Below, in pieces: positions 58,883 to 64,000 of a stretch of DNA of 64,000 nt. The position numbers and the translations under genes were made by a program. The notes below the pieces were generated by a model, which did not search any database, had not been told where the DNA came from, and saw nothing but the letters and a program-made list of their open reading frames with translations. Positions within the stretch are counted from its first letter, which is position 1. Every line of letters starts with the position of its first letter. This stretch comes from a bacterium. GTDB lineage: Bacteria > Electryoneota > Electryoneia > Electryoneales > Electryoneaceae. The DNA is taken from positions 320,001 to 384,000 of the forward strand of contig CAXXKJ010000002.1 of NCBI GenBank assembly GCA_963675295.2, written 5' to 3'.

Positions 58883-61800
58883 TCAATCCTCTTCCGCCAT
58901 CACCGCCGGTGCATCGAGCGGTAGATCCCGCAGCAGGTTCTGCGTCCGATCCCACCGTGCTTCCCAGTCGTCACAGTCGGCGAGATCAAGCCGCAAGCCC
59001 AACGGTCCGGACCCTTTCAGTTCCACCGGATAGTTCTGTGTGCTGGCGATCAGCACCGCGATCCGGCCCTGGAAGTCGCCCTTGCCCCAATCTTTGCGGA
59101 AGGTGATGAAGGCGACGGTCTCATGCAGATCCACCTTTTCCACGCCCACGCGTGCGCCGAGCACCTGGCTGCGGATGATGTGCAGCAGGGTAACCGCTTC
59201 CGGCGGCAGGGTGCCGTACCGGTCGCGCAGTTCGTCGGCCAGTGTTTCCACATCCACCGGCTCCTGCGCGCGGCTGATGCGACGGTAGAGGTCGACACGT
59301 TCCGGCGCGTCGGGGACGTAGTATGTCGGCAGCATCGCGTCGAGCGCGACATCGACCTTTACATCGCGCGCGTCCGCTGTCGGGATGGGCGTCTCCGGCA
59401 ATTCCGCGCCGGTTTCCTCGCCCAGTTCACGTACCGCCTTGGACAGCATCTGCGTGTACATCTCGAACCCGACCGCGTTAATATGTCCACTCTGTTCGGG
59501 GCCGAGCAGGTTCCCGGCGCCACGGATTTCCAGGTCACGCATGGCGATCTGGAAGCCGGACCCGAGCCGTGTGTGTTCGGCGATGGTTTCCAATCGGCGT
59601 TTCGACACGGTTTGCAGCAACGCGCGCGGCGGGGTCAGCAGGTAGGCGTACGCCTGCCGATGGCTGCGGCCAATCCGTCCACGCAACTGGTACAACTGCG
59701 CCAATCCGAACCGGTCGGCACGGTCGACAAGCAGCGTGTTCACATTCGGAATGTCCAGCCCGGACTCAATGATCATCGTGCAGATCAGCACGTGATACTT
59801 TTCATGCAGGAAGTCTTCCATCACCGTCGACAGTTCACCTTCCTTCATCTGGCCGTGTCCGACGGCGAACTTCAGGTGTGGCAGCAGCGATTCCAGCTTC
59901 GTCTTGGTGTTGAGGATGGTTTCGACGCGATTGTGGACGTAATACACCTGCCCGCCCCGCGCGACCTCACGCAAGATCGCTTCACGCACAATCCGGTCAT
60001 CCTGAGGCACAATCTCGGTTTCGATCGGGAGACGGTCCTGCGGCGGTGTCGAGATCATCGACATGTCGCGCGCGCCGGATAGCGCCATGTGCAATGTGCG
60101 CGGGATCGGAGTTGCTGACATTGACAGCACATCCACCGTCGCCCGTAACTTGCGGATTGCTTCTTTCGCCTTGACCCCGAACCGGTGTTCCTCGTCCACC
60201 ACCAGCAGGCCGAGATCCTTGAACTTGATATCCTTGGACAGCAGCCGGTGGGTGCCGATGACGAGGTCGACCTTCCCGTCCGCGAGGCCCTGCACCACCC
60301 GCTTGCGGTCTTTCGCGGAACGGAACCGGCTCAACACTTCGGTCTTCACCGGGTAGCGCCGCAACCGTTCGACGAAGGTCGCGTAATGCTGTTGCGCGAG
60401 GATCGTCGTCGGCACCAGCACCGCCACCTGTTTCGAGTCCTGCAACGCCTTGAACGCCGCCCGCACCGCAACTTCCGTCTTCCCGAAGCCGACGTCACCA
60501 ACCAGGAGACGGTCCATCGCGACCTGCTTTTCCATGTCGCGCTTGACTTCTTCGGCGGCAACCGCCTGGTCCGGCGTGTCCTCGAACTCGAACGCCGCTT
60601 CCATCTCACGTTGCCACGGCGTATCCTCCCGGAACGCGAACCCGCCGTGCAGCTGGCGTTTCGCGTAGATATCGAGGATTTCCCGCGCCAGTTCCTCGAC
60701 GGCTTTCTGCGTCTTGCTGCGCGACCGTTGCCATTCGCCCGACCCGATCTTCGACAGCTTCGGCTCTTCGCCCTCGGTGCCCTGGTAGCGCTGCAGTTTG
60801 GCGAACTGGTCGAGCCGGACATACACCTTGACCCCGTCCCGGTACTCGACCTGCAGTACTTCTTGTTCGTTCCCGCGCACCTTGATCTTCGTCGGCCCGA
60901 GGTAGCGTCCGATGCCAAACTCCTCGTGCACCACGAGGTCGCCCTGCTTCATATCCTCGAAGAAGGACGCGTCAAAGCTGCGGCGGCGTTTGCGGAACGG
61001 GGAGGTGCGCTTGTGCCGTCCGAAGATTTCGTGATCGGTCAGGACGGCGAGGTGTGCGTCCGGCCAGCCGAACCCGTTGTGCAACGGCGCGACGCCGAAC
61101 CGTACTGGCCCGCCGAGACCGCCACGATCTTCGAGCATTTCGGTGAGACGGTCCACCTGCCGCTCGTTGTCGCACATCACGTACGGCTGCACCCGATGAT
61201 CCGCCTGCGCTCGGAGATAGCCCGCCACACGGTCGAGGTCGCCGAGGAATGCTTCGTGCGTCACACCGCCGAGGTTGATCGCGCCTTCGGTGGGCGCCGC
61301 CAAACCGCGGTGCACGATCTTCGACCGCAGCGACAATCCGTCGAAGATGGCGTGGGGACGGTGATACAGCGTATCCGGTTCAGGCGTCTTACGGTCGAGT
61401 TCCAGCTCTTTCCGCTTCGCGTACTGGTATTCGATCTCTTCCCAGTGCTGGTCGAGTGCGGCACGCAGGGCGTCCTCGTCGTCAACCATCACCACCGTGT
61501 TACGCGGCACCAGCTGCCAGATCCCGGCGCGGCCTTTTTTCGCGCCACGTTCGCCGGCGTAGAAGCGGAGTTGCTCGACCTTGTCCAGCGAGCGTTGCGT
61601 CGCGGCGTCAAACTCGCGGATCTCGGTGATCTCGTCGCCCCACAGTTCGAGCCGGATTGGCGCGTCGGCGGACGGCGGGAACACATCGACCACCGAGCCA
61701 CGCACCGCGAATGCGCCCGGATCCTCGACCCGCACCTCACGCCGCATCCCGGCCTCGGTCAGGATCAGGGTTAACGCCTCCCGGTCGATTTCGTCGCCGA

Positions 61801-62266
61801 CGTTCAGCTCCACGATCCGGCTCTGGTGCGTGTCCAGCGGGGTCTGGCGTTCCACGAGGGAGGGTGGCACCACAATCAGCGCGTCGAAGTCGCGCGCGAT
61901 CATCCGTTCAAACGCCGCCGCGCGCTCATCAAACCGGTGATGCTGCTGCATCGGGTCGTACGGGATCGCGAAGTCGGGCGGCAGCAGCAGCGCACGGTCG
62001 TCTCCGAGCAGCGTGCGCAGGTCGTCGCGTGCTCGTTCGGCGGCTCGCATTTCCGGTGAAATCACCATCACCGGGCGTTTCAGGGCGTGCACCACGGACG
62101 CCGCGACCAGCATCGGCATCGACCCCGGCGCGCGGGCGAATTCGACGGACGATGGTGTTTCGGCGGTCAGTTGACGGTGCAGATCGAGCAGGGGGCGAGC
62201 ACTGAAAGCCTGCTCAAGCAGGCTGGTGAGGGTGTTCGCGCGTGTCGGCAGTGCGTTCGGGGTCAT
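58883..62266 (-). CDS. mfd: Transcription-repair coupling factor
   Basis: GDLVVHEEFGIG, GDVGFGKTEVA, DEEHRFG, SATPIPRTL, QLRGRIGR and DLEIRGAGNLLG motifs. Confidence 0.97.
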   Translation of the reverse strand: MTPNALPTRANTLTSLLEQAFSARPLLDLHRQLTAETPSSVEFARAPGSMPMLVAASVVHALKRPVMVISPEMRAAERARDDLRTLLGDDRALLLPPDFAIPYDPMQQHHRFDERAAAFERMIARDFDALIVVPPSLVERQTPLDTHQSRIVELNVGDEIDREALTLILTEAGMRREVRVEDPGAFAVRGSVVDVFPPSADAPIRLELWGDEITEIREFDAATQRSLDKVEQLRFYAGERGAKKGRAGIWQLVPRNTVVMVDDEDALRAALDQHWEEIEYQYAKRKELELDRKTPEPDTLYHRPHAIFDGLSLRSKIVHRGLAAPTEGAINLGGVTHEAFLGDLDRVAGYLRAQADHRVQPYVMCDNERQVDRLTEMLEDRGGLGGPVRFGVAPLHNGFGWPDAHLAVLTDHEIFGRHKRTSPFRKRRRSFDASFFEDMKQGDLVVHEEFGIGRYLGPTKIKVRGNEQEVLQVEYRDGVKVYVRLDQFAKLQRYQGTEGEEPKLSKIGSGEWQRSRSKTQKAVEELAREILDIYAKRQLHGGFAFREDTPWQREMEAAFEFEDTPDQAVAAEEVKRDMEKQVAMDRLLVGDVGFGKTEVAVRAAFKALQDSKQVAVLVPTTILAQQHYATFVERLRRYPVKTEVLSRFRSAKDRKRVVQGLADGKVDLVIGTHRLLSKDIKFKDLGLLVVDEEHRFGVKAKEAIRKLRATVDVLSMSATPIPRTLHMALSGARDMSMISTPPQDRLPIETEIVPQDDRIVREAILREVARGGQVYYVHNRVETILNTKTKLESLLPHLKFAVGHGQMKEGELSTVMEDFLHEKYHVLICTMIIESGLDIPNVNTLLVDRADRFGLAQLYQLRGRIGRSHRQAYAYLLTPPRALLQTVSKRRLETIAEHTRLGSGFQIAMRDLEIRGAGNLLGPEQSGHINAVGFEMYTQMLSKAVRELGEETGAELPETPIPTADARDVKVDVALDAMLPTYYVPDAPERVDLYRRISRAQEPVDVETLADELRDRYGTLPPEAVTLLHIIRSQVLGARVGVEKVDLHETVAFITFRKDWGKGDFQGRIAVLIASTQNYPVELKGSGPLGLRLDLADCDDWEARWDRTQNLLRDLPLDAPAVMAEED

Positions 62267-62526
62267 TGTTTTCACAACTCCACAGCCCATGGATACGGTC
62301 GAGTCAGGGGGAAATGTTGGTCTCGACGCATGGATGGGCGCGGGTGAGTGTACGCGCATCGGGCATCATTTTGGAAACTCGAGGAGAGCATTTCCTGCAT
62401 CACGGGAGCCCATCCATCATAGTCCCGCCCTATCCCCCGACGGTCGTATAAAAAACCTTGCCTGTACAGACTACAGCCGCCTATAATGCAGACAACTACT
62501 GGGTTCCTCCTGGGTCACTGAAATAC

Positions 62527-64000
62527 ATGACACACACACGCACAACATCGTCCACCACCTACGGCAGGATCACCTCTGCCGTCGTTTTCCTTGTCACAGG
62601 CTTCGTCGCTTTGATTCTCGTCCTCTTTTTCATTCGCGAAACGTCGATGATCATCGCCTGGTCGTCGAGCGGTTTTGTTTTGTCCAGCATTGAAAACCAA
62701 AATCAGCCACCGATACGATTCTGGCAGGTAGATGCCGAGGACTTTCCGAACGGGCCCCGTCCAATTGCCAGCGACACCTTGCTCACCATGGACGGCGATT
62801 CTGCCTCCCTCAACCTGTGGATTGACTTGCTGGAGCGCCCGCACCCGCCGGGCAAACAGGTTCAAATGACCTATATCTCGGCGGGCGATACGTTGCACAC
62901 GGTGATCCAGTCCCGTCCCGTGCAGCGCAGCGACTTCATCGCCGTAGTGCTGGCACAATTCCTCAAGGGTTTGTTGATCCTGTCGTTCGTCGGGGTCGGT
63001 TTGTGGGCCTTGCCGCAACGTAAAAATTCGCCGGCCGTACGCATGTTCAGCCTGTACGCGCTTTCGATGGCAGGTTTCATGGGCTTGACCTACATGCCCA
63101 TGTTCCCCGAAATGGGTTCGTTTCAGGTTCCCGGTTACGATTTGCTGCGAACTCTGCTAACCACATTTTCTGCTGGCTTCGGCGGATTCTGGCTGGCCTT
63201 CAACCTGCGGTTTCCCCGTCCGCACGGCAAGCTGGGCCGTCGTCCAGCGCTTGCTTTGCTCGTCGCGATGTCCCCGTTGCTCGTGGTCATCATTCTCCAG
63301 TACGCCATTCCTGGAGGACTGGGTGTGTTTCTCGCGCCAGCGCTGGGTATTGTCTGGTGCAACCAGATCGGCTGGGGCTTGTACCTGCTTGCGCACCATC
63401 GCAAGCACGCCAAATCCATGCTCGAACGCCGTCAAACCTCGCTCGTCCTCTGGGGATCCGGTGTTGGCCTGATTCTGTTGCTGGCGCATCAGATGACAGT
63501 TCCGAGTGTATTCACCAATCTGCTCCGCCTCGCGCCGCTCGTACGAATGATGATCACGAACGGTGTATTCCTTGTGCTGCTGTTGTCACCGGTGACAGCG
63601 GTCTTTGCGCTCGGACGCTACCGCCTGCTCGAGGTCGAGGCTCGGTTGCGGCGCGGCATTCGCAATGCGCTCATCACCGTCGGCCTGATTGCCGCGTACG
63701 CCGGCATCATCGTCGTCGTCTGGATCTTCATCCTGGACGAGTTCGGCATTGATGGACGGACGCCATCCCTCGTTGTCGCGCTTGGATTGGCACTCGGTAT
63801 TGCACCGTTGCATGTTCGCATCCGCCGAATTGTTGACCGCATCACCTTCCCCGAACGGCAACGACTGGCGTCCATGGTCGAATCGTTGCCCGCCTGGTCG
63901 GGAACCTTGCCGGGTCCGTCCGCCATGTGCGACCGGTTCGTGCGCGAGCTGCGTGACAACCTCGGCGTCAGCTCGCTGGCATGCTACCTGTATGACGAGG
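62527..64000 (+). CDS. Multi-pass membrane sensor protein, 3'-truncated by the window edge (PDZ-like extracellular domain plus many TMs, probably followed by GAF/output domains)
   Basis: Open frame from ATG 62527 to the window end, not in the ORF track: MTHTRTTSSTTYGRITSAVVFLVTG...FALGRYRLLEVE...IRRIVDRITFPER. Confidence 0.7.
   Translation, partial: MTHTRTTSSTTYGRITSAVVFLVTGFVALILVLFFIRETSMIIAWSSSGFVLSSIENQNQPPIRFWQVDAEDFPNGPRPIASDTLLTMDGDSASLNLWIDLLERPHPPGKQVQMTYISAGDTLHTVIQSRPVQRSDFIAVVLAQFLKGLLILSFVGVGLWALPQRKNSPAVRMFSLYALSMAGFMGLTYMPMFPEMGSFQVPGYDLLRTLLTTFSAGFGGFWLAFNLRFPRPHGKLGRRPALALLVAMSPLLVVIILQYAIPGGLGVFLAPALGIVWCNQIGWGLYLLAHHRKHAKSMLERRQTSLVLWGSGVGLILLLAHQMTVPSVFTNLLRLAPLVRMMITNGVFLVLLLSPVTAVFALGRYRLLEVEARLRRGIRNALITVGLIAAYAGIIVVVWIFILDEFGIDGRTPSLVVALGLALGIAPLHVRIRRIVDRITFPERQRLASMVESLPAWSGTLPGPSAMCDRFVRELRDNLGVSSLACYLYDE

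Noticed and set aside
60185-61774. 529-aa antisense ORF within mfd (and similar ones opposite leuC, glyQS, yidC, pepA and M28)
   Set aside because: They overlap conserved housekeeping or enzyme genes on the opposite strand and have no independent evidence.
1-64000. tRNA/rRNA genes, transposases, prophage or anti-phage defence genes, stop-codon recoding
   Set aside because: None recognised; conserved genes terminate normally at TAA, TAG or TGA and show no internal stops or frameshifts.

Overview
A GC-rich (about 60% by eye) bacterial chromosomal segment. It probably comes from an FCB-superphylum-type diderm; this is inferred from four secreted proteins with PNPFN...KMxLxK C-terminal sorting-type domains, a C25 gingipain-family protein, and an alpha2-type glycyl-tRNA ligase. 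It carries the origin-associated block rpmH-rnpA-yidD-yidC-mnmE-mnmG-rsmG with a perfect parS site but no adjacent dnaA, jag or parAB. Other housekeeping genes are pepA, panD, glyQS, pyrF, pyrE, rlmN and mfd, alongside many envelope and secreted enzymes. No rRNA, tRNA, CRISPR array, integrase or intact transposase was recognised. The most notable observations are: (1) a dense set of at least 6 different hairpin repeat families that share a 5' TGCCC(C) head and a GG(G)..ATCC tail, form mosaic intergenic clusters, and in two cases are duplicated as 76-120 bp units that bracket genes; (2) an operon with three paralogous lipoproteins (short collagen-like segment + Ig-like domain + beta-sandwich) behind a polysaccharide deacetylase and an apparently inactive PdxJ-fold protein; (3) a PHP-GT4 / GMC oxidoreductase / SDR / metallophosphoesterase cluster; (4) several apparent pseudo-enzymes; (5) an RsmG with a roughly 200-aa repetitive disordered N-terminal arm; and (6) an unexplained 86-bp tandem duplication whose motifs recur at a second convergent intergenic site. 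All calls come from motif reading by eye; no database searches were run.
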